Source of the DNA: Blepharisma stoltei ATCC 30299
Taxonomy: Eukaryota; Protista; Ciliophora
Length of the DNA: 64,000 nucleotides
Direction of reading: 5' to 3'
NCBI GenBank assembly: GCA_965603825.1
Contig: CBFDEM010000022.1
Coordinates: forward strand, 248,001 to 312,000
Shown: positions 1-11,777 of the stretch, one piece after another
Numbering within the stretch: position 1 is the stretch's first letter
How the letters are laid out: every line of letters starts with the position of its first letter
The notes under the pieces: generated by a model
The model's input: the letters and a program-made list of their open reading frames with translations, nothing else
Database searches by the model: none
Told to the model about the DNA's origin: nothing
Program-made: the position numbers and the translations under genes

Positions 1-1
1 T

Positions 2-1009
2 TTAGCTCAGCTGCTTGGATCTAGCTTAGTTACTATATCAAATATGTCTATTTTAAATGAAGCAAGCAATAGAGGCCTCCCTCATTCAGCAAGCTGCTAT
101 TCGACTGACTTCTCAGCTGGGACATTTAATTCCAATAATTTATCACAACTTATTGATTCTATCACTGATTCTAGCATGCAAATTCCTTTAAAGTTTCCAA
201 TTGCTTCATTACTGACAGATACAAATTTAATAGAGCCACCTCTTACTCAAAATGATATAGAAACCCTTGCATCTGACATTAAAATAGGTCTTTATCCTCA
301 TTTAACTGTTATTGTTACTGAAGAAATCGGGAATTTGTTGCTCCGCCATTTCAAAATAAGAACATCATACTCTTTTCGTTCAACCATCACCCAAACTCTT
401 CATTTCACCATTGACGGAATTATGATAATCAAAGGCTCGCCTCTTTTAAAAGATCAAGACAATTTTTTCCAGTCCTTTTCTCCAGTTTTCCTTTCAAATC
501 AAATAGGTATTGAAAGCTTGATTATTATTGAAGAAGTTTCTACATGCACACCAGAAATTTCACTAGGCACTATTGTAAAAATAACTGACCAATGCGGGCT
601 ATCTTGCTTTAATCCCTTAATAGGTCCTAATATAGCGACTTGAGGGGAGAGGTTTCCATATATTTCAGATGCTTTTGATAGCAAAATACAATGAAAAAAG
701 GTTTTCGAAGAGCATAGGATCAAAACTTGTGAGGCAAAATTGCTATTTACAAGCAAGGAACGTGGAATGACTGGATTTTCATTCGCAAAAATTGCAAGGA
801 CTTTAGGAGCTGGAGTAGTCGGAAACTCAGGGCCATATTCAGTCATAATTTCTCAGCATAAGTTAGCACATCAACCCAAGCGAAAACTGTTGTATTTAGG
901 CTATGTCAATCACGACCCTATAGAAAATATCACAATAAACGCTCCTCCTGTAGAGTACCAGCTTGCAATGAAACAAATAATTTTAAAAGAACTAAAAACC
1001 TTAATTTAA
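2..1009 (+). CDS. Purine nucleoside phosphorylase-like protein, 5'-truncated by the window edge, probably tandem degenerate PNP domains
   Basis: The frame is open from base 2. TGA at 641 and 692 read as W join ORFs 44..643 and 740..1009. Motifs KITDQ..NPLIGPN..WGERFPYISDAFD and ARTLGAGVVG match the PNP family (NPLIGPN...[17 protein letters not shown]). Confidence 0.7.
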
Positions 1010-1028
1010 CCACATCAATTAATAAAAA

Positions 1029-2852
1029 ATGGCAGAAGCAGGCTATGTAGAAATTGTTTCAGCCCTTGAAGCAAGAATTGCTGAGCAAGATCTGCAAATA
1101 AATGAGCTAAAAAAAGAATTGGAAGAAACAAAGCTTCAGCTTCTTGAGCAAGCTTTCACACATGAAGTGCATTCACCTCAGCCTCCCCAGATTCCAGAAG
1201 GATCTAAGCCAGAAATCGAAATTCCAAAAGCAGGGCATGGAAGAGCGTTCATGACCAAGTCTGTGAAATTCTTTGCAAAAATTGTTGGAGGAGTTGCAAC
1301 CATTGAGTTTCCTAAAGGAGCACAAAAACAAGAGTAATTCTTATATAGTTCTGAAGCAGAAGCTCCTTCATTGCTACGTGAAATGACGAAAAATAGCTTT
1401 TTGACACATCAGTTTAAGGAGCTTGACCAAGCAAAACAGCAGAAACAAGATTTAGAGAATGAGATTCAAAATCATGCAGAAAAAATTAGACAGCAATCTG
1501 AAGTGCAAGTCAAGGCTTTGCAAGACTCTTATGCTCCTTTATTAGAAAAAGAACAAGCCACAATTTCAGATCTGATAAAATCAATTGGAAAAGAGCTTGA
1601 TGGAGCAATAATTTGTGAAAACGACTCAGAAAGAGCATATATTGTCGACCACTTTGATCAAAACACTTTACAAATCAGCCTTCAGCAAGTCCTTGATAAA
1701 AACGGAATTGCTCTCAAGGAGCCCAAGGCAATCCAAAGAGAATTCCAAAGTCTTGGCCCAGTCCACGCAATGCACAGAAGTGAGATTGACCAATTTATGC
1801 AGACCCTCCAAGATAAAATGATCACAGTTCAATACCAAATAGTAGAAATTGACGGAGAAGAAAAAATGTGCTGTCCAATTTACATTACCCCAAATTTTAT
1901 TTCCCTGCAAGATTATGAAATTAGGTTTAACAAAAATGAGGAAAAAATAACTGACATCGTTAACAAAGAAGACGGAAATGTTAAGTTTGAAGCAATCCAT
2001 GTCAGTGAAGAATGTGGGCTTGTCAGAGATACAATTGTGGAGGTATTTACTGCAGAAATGAATCCACACATACTTAATATCATCCATTTGCACATTGATG
2101 ACATGAAAGAAGAGATCCCTGTTGAAGCTGTTTATATTATGGATTCACAGTCTGCTGATGATTATGGAGATTGGATTAGGGATGCAAGAGGAATTGATTT
2201 GAGATATAAAATACTTGTTAGGTCTGGAAAAATTGAAGCTGTTTTATATAATACGGGACAGACAACTGAAAAGCTGCACTTTATTGAAAGAAGGCTGAAG
2301 GTAGGAGACTATGTCCAAATACATGAGAATGCAGTAGCGCAAGTTACTTTAATACCTTATGGACTGCTTGCTAGAGATTGGACCGCTAAAAATGCAGAAC
2401 TGCCAGATATTTTTAACCATTTGAGCCCAAGTTCTTATTGCATGAAAAGACATGTTGAGGACACTCCAGGCTATATCAATGTCAAGCTGATTTTAGAGAA
2501 TGGGGATACTGTGGAAAATCAAAGAGAAATGTCATATCCGATATGCCAATGTGGAGAACTCGGAGATTTTGAAAAAATTCAGCTTATGTCTCTGTTTGAA
2601 TTCATTGAATCTAAGAAAAAAGGCAATATAGAAGAAACATTAAGAACTTTACAAGGGATGACTGAAGACTACAGACACTCAAGATATACAGACAAAAGAG
2701 AATTTTTAGACCAAATCAGCAAGCTAACTCAAAAAGCAAGAGAAGGACTTGCAAATGATGAAGGACTAAGACCGCTATGGGGAGAATTAATTCAAAACGC
2801 AGATAGGATAGTTAGAACTTTAGCAACAGAAATAAGATTTGGAGCCTTCTAA
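1029..2852 (+). CDS. Hypothetical protein with N-terminal coiled coil
   Basis: 15-nt intron 1334-1348 (gtaattcttatatag) joins ORFs 1029..1337 and 1371..2852 in frame. No family recognised. Confidence 0.75.
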
Positions 2853-3052
2853 TTAATTCATTTTATTCAAATTTGCAAGCCAAAAAACTTCTATTAATAC
2901 TAATAATATTCATCTATTGCAAAATAAAGATTTATGAAATCATTATTAAGCTGAATTTTTATCTAGATTAAATGAATGATCAGTGTAATAGACAAAAGAA
3001 GTAGCCTAAACCAAAGAAAATGGAATAAAAGATTTACAAAATATTTAACAAA

Positions 3053-3634
3053 ATGGGAAATCCAATGTCTGGATATTGTTCATACAGTGACAAACCCAAA
3101 AAAATAATTGCCCGACGGACGTTTTTTAACTCATTTACTGATGGAACTGTCAAAATTATTGATTACACTGGCGTAATGGGATATTCACAAACTCTTAGTG
3201 ATATGAAACACAAAATGAGATCAATCATCCCTTATGAAATAAGAAGAATCAAAGATAATTCCATAGACGAGCGGCATTCCATTGTGAAGGTTGCAGGGAT
3301 AAAGCAAGACGGAGACATGTTTATTGAATTCACCTTTGATATCATTTTCAGCTCTTTAGGAAAATTCAATATCAGCATAGCTCAAAGTAAAAGTCCTTTA
3401 TTAAACGACGCAAAATGTAATGGAGTGCTAGAGTTATATTATACTTTTCCGAAAGATACCGTAATTTTTATTCAGATTTTCAAAAGGGATTTTAAAGATT
3501 TTTTTGAGTGGCTTGAGAAGAATAAAAATAATCCATATAGTATTTTGAAGGGTGAAGGAGATAATATGGGAAGGGTTATTTATGCGTATTTTCGATCAAT
3601 GGGAATAAAGGATGAAAAAAATAACTTAAATTAA
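3053..3634 (+). CDS. Hypothetical protein, start uncertain
   Basis: 193-aa ORF ending in TAA. An overlapping upstream frame exists (see findings). Confidence 0.55.
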   Translation: MGNPMSGYCSYSDKPKKIIARRTFFNSFTDGTVKIIDYTGVMGYSQTLSDMKHKMRSIIPYEIRRIKDNSIDERHSIVKVAGIKQDGDMFIEFTFDIIFSSLGKFNISIAQSKSPLLNDAKCNGVLELYYTFPKDTVIFIQIFKRDFKDFFEWLEKNKNNPYSILKGEGDNMGRVIYAYFRSMGIKDEKNNLN

Positions 3635-3724
3635 TGTATTATTACTGAATTCATATAAAAATTAAGTAGTAGCCATTTTAATTAATATTAAAAAATCCTT
3701 TTAGCACTTAAAAATGCATTATAA

Positions 3725-5305
3725 ATGGCATCATTCATGCAAATTAAAGGACTAAGCAAGTCTACTCCTAACATTCTTCGGCAGGCTAAGAAGGGAAACT
3801 TTGATGAAGTTTTTCAAAATTCTGAGCAACTTCTCGCATCTCAAAATGCCAAAGAAGAAGACATTCCCAGCCCAGACCTCACTGTAAATTTGAAATCTCT
3901 GTCAAGTATTTATTTAGATTCAAATCCTAAGTTTATTGAGCTCAAAAAGAAGCTGGAATTATATTATTTAGATATAAGAAGAGAAAACCCTAGACTCCAT
4001 CCCCAGAGATCAGCACATTGAAAGAAACTGCTGTATTCGTCGCTTCACAAACTTTTAAACGAATGCATGTTTACCCAAACAAGAAGCTTACAAATCCAGT
4101 ATCTAAACAAAGTTTATGAGTGGTACATGGAAAAAATTGGTGTAGAAAACAGAATCAAAGAAACGCCTACAGAAAACTTGATAACTATAACTACAGAACA
4201 AGGAGAATTCAACGCAGAATCTGCAGTTCCTGAAATCACTAGTCCTACTTATGACAAGCTTTCTCAGTATAGCCGCAGACACATTAGTTCAGCTCAAAGC
4301 TTAAGACCGCAAACTGCTCCTATAGAAACCCCTAAATGACTGGAAAGCAGGCCTACAAGTGCTTTTAAACCTCCAATTTTAGCTTATACAGGATTAAGTG
4401 AACCTATAGCTGCAAAGCCATTGCCAGATTTCAAAACAACATTTGTGAATTACCAGCCTTTAGGAGAAGAAGCTGAAATTCAAATGGAAAAGAGATATCA
4501 AGTGTTCAGGCAAAAAGATTTGGAAGAAAAAAGGCTTAGAGATGAAATGAGTCAAAAAGTTTTAGAATGGACGATATCGAAGTCGAAAAGGGCTGAAGAA
4601 CAGATGAGGAGAAACGAAAGCTTTAAATTTGCTTCAAAATTCGAGCAGCGAGCTTTTATGCCCAGCAGGCCACAGACTGCAAATTCTGATTTATTTTCAA
4701 AAGTTTCTGTTGTCGATTTATCAAGACATGATATAGCAAATGATGTAATAAACGAAGCATCCCAGCACCAAGAAAATGGTTTACCTCAAATTGAAGAATC
4801 TTTACCTTTTCATAAATTGTCCAAAGTCACTTCTTTCAGAAAATTGCATGGAAAACTTATAGACACTGAAGAATCTGCTGAAGGTCTATTAATTCAAGAC
4901 CCCAATGCAGTAGTTTTAAGTGCGTACTCCCATATCAAAACAATCCCAGAAACTACAAAAAATGAATCAATAAGACCAAAAACAGCAGGATCATTAGTAT
5001 TCACTAGAAGTGCTTCAGTTACAAATATAGCCCCATATTCACGCCCAGTAACAGCTTCAATGGCGAAACAAGTTGAAGAGGTCTACGAAGTCAAACAAAG
5101 ACTTGCAACTAAAAGCATTTTCTGCTCAATGGACGACATGCGATATGCCTTGCTTTCTCCTGAAGATCTTCCTCCAGAGCAGCTTAATTTCAGATGCTTC
5201 CCTAAGCCAGGCGCAGGGCTTCTTATAAACCCCTTCATAAAAATTGGTGGCAAAAAGAAGAAAAAGAAAGGTAAAAAAGGCAAAAAAGGGAAAGCTAAGA
5301 AGTAA
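3725..5305 (+). CDS. Hypothetical protein with Lys-rich C-terminal tail
   Basis: Three same-frame ORFs joined by TGA at 4019 and 4337. Ends PKPGAGLLINPF...KKKKKKGKKGKKGKAKK-TAA. Confidence 0.8.
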
Positions 5306-5313
5306 TTAATTAA

Positions 5314-6447
5314 ATGATAAATAGTAATATGCAAATCAACGCTTTAAATGAAGGAATCATGACTTATTTGATTGAAACAAGGTTTGGAGACCCAGTTTTT
5401 AGCATGGATATATATGGCAATCAGCTAGTTTATGGGACAGCTTTGGGGCAGATCGGCAGTTTTAATATTGAGAGCTTTGACTTGATTATGCTGACAGAAA
5501 TGACTGAAGAATGTGTACGAGGGATTTTTATATCAGATGACCATGTAATTTATGCAGCGGTAGGAGATTTATATGTCCTAGTTTTGTTTAAAAATGAAAA
5601 CGATGAATGAGGAATGGATGAAATCAAGTATGAAGGAAGAGAACATTCAAGTTTACTATGCACATATAGCCAGATAATACAGCATAAAGGCAAAATTTGT
5701 ATTTTTGTGATTGATAATGATAAAGAAATACTGTCATCAATAAGAAGTGATGGGAAATCTAAAGTTTTAATTATCAACGCAATTTCAAATGAGCATGAAG
5801 AATACCAAGGAATCTGCTTCCCAAAATCGTCTATTCCGCTTGATTTCGATGGACAAAGGCTTTTATGAATAGAAGAGTTTCCTAGGCACCGAGAATTAAA
5901 ACTAACAACTTTTAACCCTCTAAGCCACTACAAATGTAAACACCTCGACAAGCATTTTGGCCATCTATCACAGCCGTTTTTATTGCAGGACTCAATGATT
6001 TTTGTACACAACTATAAAGAGATAAAATCAATGGATCTTTTATCAGGCGAATTCACAGCGATAATAGGTATCCACTCTGAAGATATTGTATGCATTTTTC
6101 CTATACTCTTTCCATCGCAGGTAAATCCTAACGGCAATGAAGAAAACGAGGGGCATCTGCTAACAAGCCGAGGAATAGTGATAGCTGCTGACAAAAAAGG
6201 GATCATTTGTCTTTGGCAAGATGGGAATTTACTAGAAAAAATAGATTTGTGCTGTCTAGAAGGATTTGAAGTAGAAGCAAGAGATAGGCTCTTTGGGATG
6301 GGGTATCCTTATGTGATTAGAGCTGGGGGCATTTGAATAGCTGTTTCAACTGATATTGGAATTATTATTTTAAAAAGCAATTATTTAAAACAGAATGGAG
6401 GAATTGAAAGCACTGCCCCTAGTCTTGGCAGTAAGTCGTGAGCATAA
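5314..6447 (+). CDS. WD40-like beta-propeller protein
   Basis: Same-frame ORFs joined by TGA at 5608, 5866, 6334 and 6439. Blade-like motifs VFSMDI..LVYGTALGQIG and IAADKKGIICLW. Alternative start at 5329. Confidence 0.65.
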
Positions 6448-6471
6448 TAAGTATAATGTTGAATTAATAAA

Positions 6472-7728
6472 ATGTCCTCTATTCGAGCTTGGCAAAAATT
6501 ATCAAACAGGACAGAGCCATTTCAATACACAGTATGGACTGAGTTCACACCTCTTGCAATCAAAAATCAAGCTGTCAACTTAGGCCAAGGGTTTCCTGGC
6601 TTTAAATGTCCAGATTTTGTAAAACAGGCTTTAGCTGATGCTACAAATGCTGATGAAAATCAATATGCAAGGTCGCAAGGTTTCCTGCCTCTTGTTCAAG
6701 AAATTGCAAGGGTATATGGGAGAAAGCACAACCGTGAAATTAACCCTCTCACAGAAGTAGTTGTCACAGTAGGAGCTACTGAAGGAATTATGAGCTCGTT
6801 TTTAGGGATGATTGATGAAGGAGACGAGGTTGTCATTATTGAGCCTTCTTTTGACTGCTATATTCCAGCAATTATTATGAATGGAGGAAAACCAGTAGGA
6901 GTGCCACTTATTCCACCTCAGCCTGGAGAAACTCTTTGGAATATTGATTTTGAAAGGCTAGAATCTGCATTTAATGAGAGGACAAGGGTTTTTATGATAA
7001 ACACCCCGCATAATCCTATTGGAAAAGTTTTTAGCAGACAAGAACTTGAAAGAATTGCTGCTATTCTTAATAAGTGGCCAAATGTAGCTATTATATCGGA
7101 TGAAGTGTATGAATATGTCATTTTTGACGATAGAGAACATTTAAGTATTGCTGATTTTTCTAATTTGTGGGAGAGAACGGTTACATTAAGCAGCGCAGGG
7201 AAAATATTTTCTATTACGGGATGGAAAACTGGATGGGCTGTTGGTGGGCCTTATGTGATTAAAAAAATTGCAACTTCCCATCTTTGGAATCCTTATTGTT
7301 CTAACACTCCTTGCCAAGGCGCAGTGGCAAGATGTTTGAGAATTGCTGATGAGCCTTATAATGGATTTCCAAATTATTATCTGTGGCTCAGAAATGAATA
7401 TTCAAGAAAACGAGAAATTTTGTATAATTTATTAAAAAATGCAAAAACACTTAATTTAGACCCAATCATGCCGGAAGGAGGGTTCTTTTTGTGCGCAAGA
7501 GTTGATCCAAGTGTTATTGATAGAAGTTATCTAGAAACAGCGACTCCAGATTTTGCATTTAGTAGATGGCTCACAGAACAAATAAAAATTTGCACTATTC
7601 CATGCTCGGCATTTTATTTACCAGAGCACAAACAAGATGGGGAAAATTTAGTAAGATTTGCATTATGCAAAGATTATTCAGATTACGAGGCAGCAGCTAA
7701 AATATTAATTAATGATAATTCCTCCTAA
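6472..7728 (+). CDS. KYAT: Kynurenine aminotransferase / glutamine transaminase K (class I PLP aminotransferase)
   Basis: AVNLGQGFP, NQYARSQG, NTPHNPIGKV, SDEVYE, SAGKIFSITGWKTGW (PLP lysine), VRFALCK. Confidence 0.9.
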   Translation: MSSIRAWQKLSNRTEPFQYTVWTEFTPLAIKNQAVNLGQGFPGFKCPDFVKQALADATNADENQYARSQGFLPLVQEIARVYGRKHNREINPLTEVVVTVGATEGIMSSFLGMIDEGDEVVIIEPSFDCYIPAIIMNGGKPVGVPLIPPQPGETLWNIDFERLESAFNERTRVFMINTPHNPIGKVFSRQELERIAAILNKWPNVAIISDEVYEYVIFDDREHLSIADFSNLWERTVTLSSAGKIFSITGWKTGWAVGGPYVIKKIATSHLWNPYCSNTPCQGAVARCLRIADEPYNGFPNYYLWLRNEYSRKREILYNLLKNAKTLNLDPIMPEGGFFLCARVDPSVIDRSYLETATPDFAFSRWLTEQIKICTIPCSAFYLPEHKQDGENLVRFALCKDYSDYEAAAKILINDNSS

Positions 7729-8120
7729 ATTATTTAAGAAAGAAAAATAATTTTATATTATTTGCTAAATACATTAGAAATAATTTAAATTAAATTTTTT
7801 GGTGCTAAAATACGAGCAAACTTTATATTTCTTTACTCAAATCCGCCAAAATAAAAAATGTTTTATTATTCTCCACTCCGGTAAAGAAAGTTAAATGTTT
7901 AAATAACTTAAATATGGAAATAAGGCTTAAATAAAGTCATCGATTTAAATTTAAAAAGAATTTAAAAAACTCAAATAAGCCAACCTACAAAAGCCTTAAT
8001 AAAATAGCCAAAATAATCTCGTTACAAATTGAGGCCAAAAAAATTCTTAAAAAATTCGTTTAACAGTTGTTAAGAAATGAGCTACTGCAATGATGCCATG
8101 GTGATTTTTCATATTTATAA

Positions 8121-9317
8121 ATGACAAAATATTATCTTCTATGCATTTACCTAATCGCAAGCTCTGTCTATAGCTGTAATAGTATTTGCTTCTCATGCTC
8201 AACAATAATTGGAACTTGAATAGTCAATAATTGCACAAATGCATACTGCCGAGCAAAAGATACTGACTGCAATAATAGCTGTTCAATATGCACTGATGAA
8301 AATCTCCCTATCCCATGCGGGATTATTTCAGCCTCTCATACGAAATGTAAGAATCTTCCAGTAATTTTTATTTAGAGTATATGTGGTGGTGACGTGAGCA
8401 TATTTACGACCCAATCAGGCATAGTAGAAATTTCTCCAAAAATAAACCAATTTCAAGTTTGTGAATGGTATATAGACAGCAGAAACTCATTTTCTTCTAA
8501 AGAGAATCATTATATTGATGTTAAAATTGTATTTCAAGATGTGAATCCAAATGATATGGTATATTTTATGTAGAATATAGGCAATTTGACAATATGAGCC
8601 TATGATGTTGATTCTTCTGATGCATCTCCAAACCTAAGCTCTTTGTCCCCTTTGAAATTCCAATTGCAGCCAGATAACGTAGCGTCCATGACTTCTGAAA
8701 GGCTAATTAAATCAAATTATTTAATAATTGATTATATCACTGGGAACTCGTACGATTCATATGCTGGGATTCATATATCATGAGTTGCACAAATAAATTC
8801 ATCAGGTGGGAGTAATAATAATCAACTATTAACTATAGTTGCTTTAACTCTTTCTATTTTTTTTACACTCGCTTGCAGTATAGCAGTCGCATGAAGAATC
8901 ATTCGAACAATTAGAAGGAGAGATAGAGTAATAGATGGGGCAAGAGTAGTATATCCTCAAACCATGGGGAGAGCTAGAGAATATGAGGCAATTCCTGACG
9001 ATTCAGCTATAATTTTATCAGAAGAAAATATTGAGAGATATATGCCAAAAACAAAATATGTGGAAGGTTTAGTAGAGATTGGTGAATGCACTTGTTGTGT
9101 TTGCTTTGAAGAGTAAGAGGTATTTAGATTCAAAGCTAATAGTGAAGCTAGAAAACTTCTGTGTAGGCACGTTTATCACGCATCGTGCATAGAGGATTGG
9201 TTAGTGTCACAAGGAGGGATCCCAAAATGCCCATTGTGTAAATGCAATCCATTTCAGCCTCTATTTGATAACTCATCTGATATTAATGAAGGGGTAAGGT
9301 CAGAAAACCCAGATTAA
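8121..9317 (+). CDS. Signal peptide, Cys-rich/CUB-like ectodomain, one TM helix, RING-H2 E3 ligase
   Basis: Absent from the ORF track. Reconstructed with 15-nt introns 8361-8375, 8559-8573 and 9113-9127 plus four TGA=W. MTKYYLLCIYLIASSVYS; CGG..QSGIVEISP..CEWYI; TM LLTIVALTLSIFFTLACSIAVAW; CCVCFEEF..LLCRHVYHASCIEDWL..CPLC. Confidence 0.85.
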
Positions 9318-9741
9318 TAAGCTTTGGTTCAATAATTCTTCCTTTCAAAATAAAACTGGGAGTGCAAGTTTAAATTATCTTCTATGATAAATTTCATTTA
9401 TAGACATTTTAAAGAATTAATCATTTAATATTTAAAAAAAGAAAATCATTAATAAAAATTTAATTTCTTGAAATATAATATTAATTACATAGAAAAAGTG
9501 CTATACTTTTTCTCTGGGGCATATTTAAGGCTTATTAAAAAGAGATTATTAAAAGAATTGAAAATAAAAAAAAATTTTAGGTTTTGAAGAATAAGGCTAT
9601 TTTTACGATTTTTTAAGCATTTGATAATAGCATCTCATGCTTCCTTTATTTTCAGGGTAGTTTAGTAAATTTGCAAGCCGCTTGCACCATATATGCAAAC
9701 TATTTTGAAAGAAATGATTAAATTTGGAAACTACTATAAAT

Positions 9742-11754
9742 ATGAGTGGAAGTGCAGATAAATTTAAGCCAAGCAGTAATCGCTATTCAAATCCGAAGTC
9801 TAATCCATACTTCCAAGAATCAAGCCAAAATCCATGGGAATCTCCTAAACCACTTCCAGCATACACTCCTAAATACCAATTTTCAACTTTAAATTCTTTG
9901 CCGGTTCGCCATACACAATCCAATTCTGCTCTAAATGAACCCCAGCACTCATGAACTGTCAATAGGCGGAGCCAACTTTCGTTAACTTCTCCTCAGAATA
10001 AAATGAGATCTCAAGAAATCAAAAATCAACTGGAAAATGAGCTAAAACGACTAGACGAAGATTTCACGTTTGATTATGATGAAGAGGTTTCTTTGATTCA
10101 ATCGGCGAAATATATTAAGCAGGCCGTCGATAAAATTATTTTTGAAAAACAGCAGGTCATTGAGCAGGGAAATAGATTATCGCAGAGACCACTTAGCATG
10201 GTAAGTGAAATAGGGAGTAATCCTTCAGCAATAGAAGAATTAAAATCAAGCTTAGAAAATCAAAATTTTCAAGCTTCTCAAGAATTGGAAAAAATTAAAA
10301 AAACTCAAAATCAGCTTAAGAGATATGAATCAATACTGAGGCAAAAAGAGAAAAACTTAAAAGACCAAGAAACTCATGTAAACTATGAAAAAGCTCAGGT
10401 TGAAAAAGAAAAAACAGAAATTCACCAAGAAAGAGACAAATTAGCATTTGAAAAAGAAGAAAACCAAAAGACTTTGACAATAATAAACGAAGAAAAGCAA
10501 AAACTCAATGCTCAAATGAACAGTTTAGATAATAAGTTTTTAGAAATCAAAGAAGCCTTAGGAGAGCTTGAAAGAGATCCAAAAAACCAGGCCAAAGGCT
10601 CTCTTGATGAATTTGAGCAACAAAGACTTGACTTTTTAATGGAATGTGAAGAAAAAGCTGAATGGATAGCAAAAGCTGAAGAAAGCTTAAATACAAAAGA
10701 AAGGATTTTAGCCGAACAACAAGAAGAATTAGGCCAGCTCTCTCAATCTTTACAGCAGCTTAAAGATGAAATGGAAAGTCAGCAGGAAGCCATATCCTCA
10801 AATCTCGAGTTACAGTCAAAGTCAATTCAAAATGAGTCAAAGTTGCTAGAAGATAAAAAAAAAGAAATCGAGTCAACCTTAAAGATCCTCAATGAAAAGC
10901 TAAAAACAGTCGAAGCCCTTGAAAAAGGCTTAGAAGAACAAAAAAGAATCAGAGAAAACGAAGAGCAAAAGCTTAAAGAGCATTATATCGTTAAGCTAGA
11001 CGAAGCAATAAAAATGAATGAAGAAGCTCAAGAAAACATGAAACTTTTGGCTGAAAAAGAAGCATTTATTGATGAAATTATTCAAAAAATCAAGGAGGAA
11101 GAAATTGAGCTGGAAAATAGATGAAAATATTTAGAAGATGTAGAGAAGATGAAAGAAGAATTAGAAAAAGTAAGAATGATGTATGAAGAAGCCAATAATG
11201 AGCTAAAGAAAAGAGATGAAAAGCAGCAGGAGCTGATCAAAGAAATCCAAGAAAGAGAAGATAAAGTTCTTCTCAGAGAGAATCAAGGGAATAATGGAGC
11301 TACACAGTCAAACGAGAGAATAGAAGAACTTTATAACAGCTTAGAAGAGAAACTCCAATTTATTTTGCAAAAAGAATCTGAGCTGCAAAAAATGCAAGAA
11401 TATATTGAAAAAGACCGAGAAGATATCGACAAAACTGCTGATTTGCTACAAAAAATCCATAGTGAGCTCAGTGAGCAGCGTGAGCTCCAAACCTTAGAAC
11501 AAGAAAAAATAAAGTTAGACAAGAAAAAGATCTTAGACATGCTTGAAAGATTGAATGAAGAAAGCCTAAATATCAAGGCCAAAGAAGAAGAGCTGCTTGA
11601 AAAAGAAGAATTTTTGAACTCAAAAGAAGTCGAGCTCCTAGAAAAAGAAAGCGACATTGTCAAGAAAAGCCATGGCTCTATTGAAAAAGAGAGTGAAAGC
11701 GAAGAAAAGCCAGAAGATAACGTAAAAGATGGGTCTCAGCCTGAAGAAAGTTAA
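9742..11754 (+). CDS. Long coiled-coil protein
   Basis: Same-frame ORFs joined by TGA at 9952 and 11122. E/K/Q-rich heptads. Confidence 0.8.
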
Positions 11755-11777
11755 GTTAATTAACCATTATTTAATCA

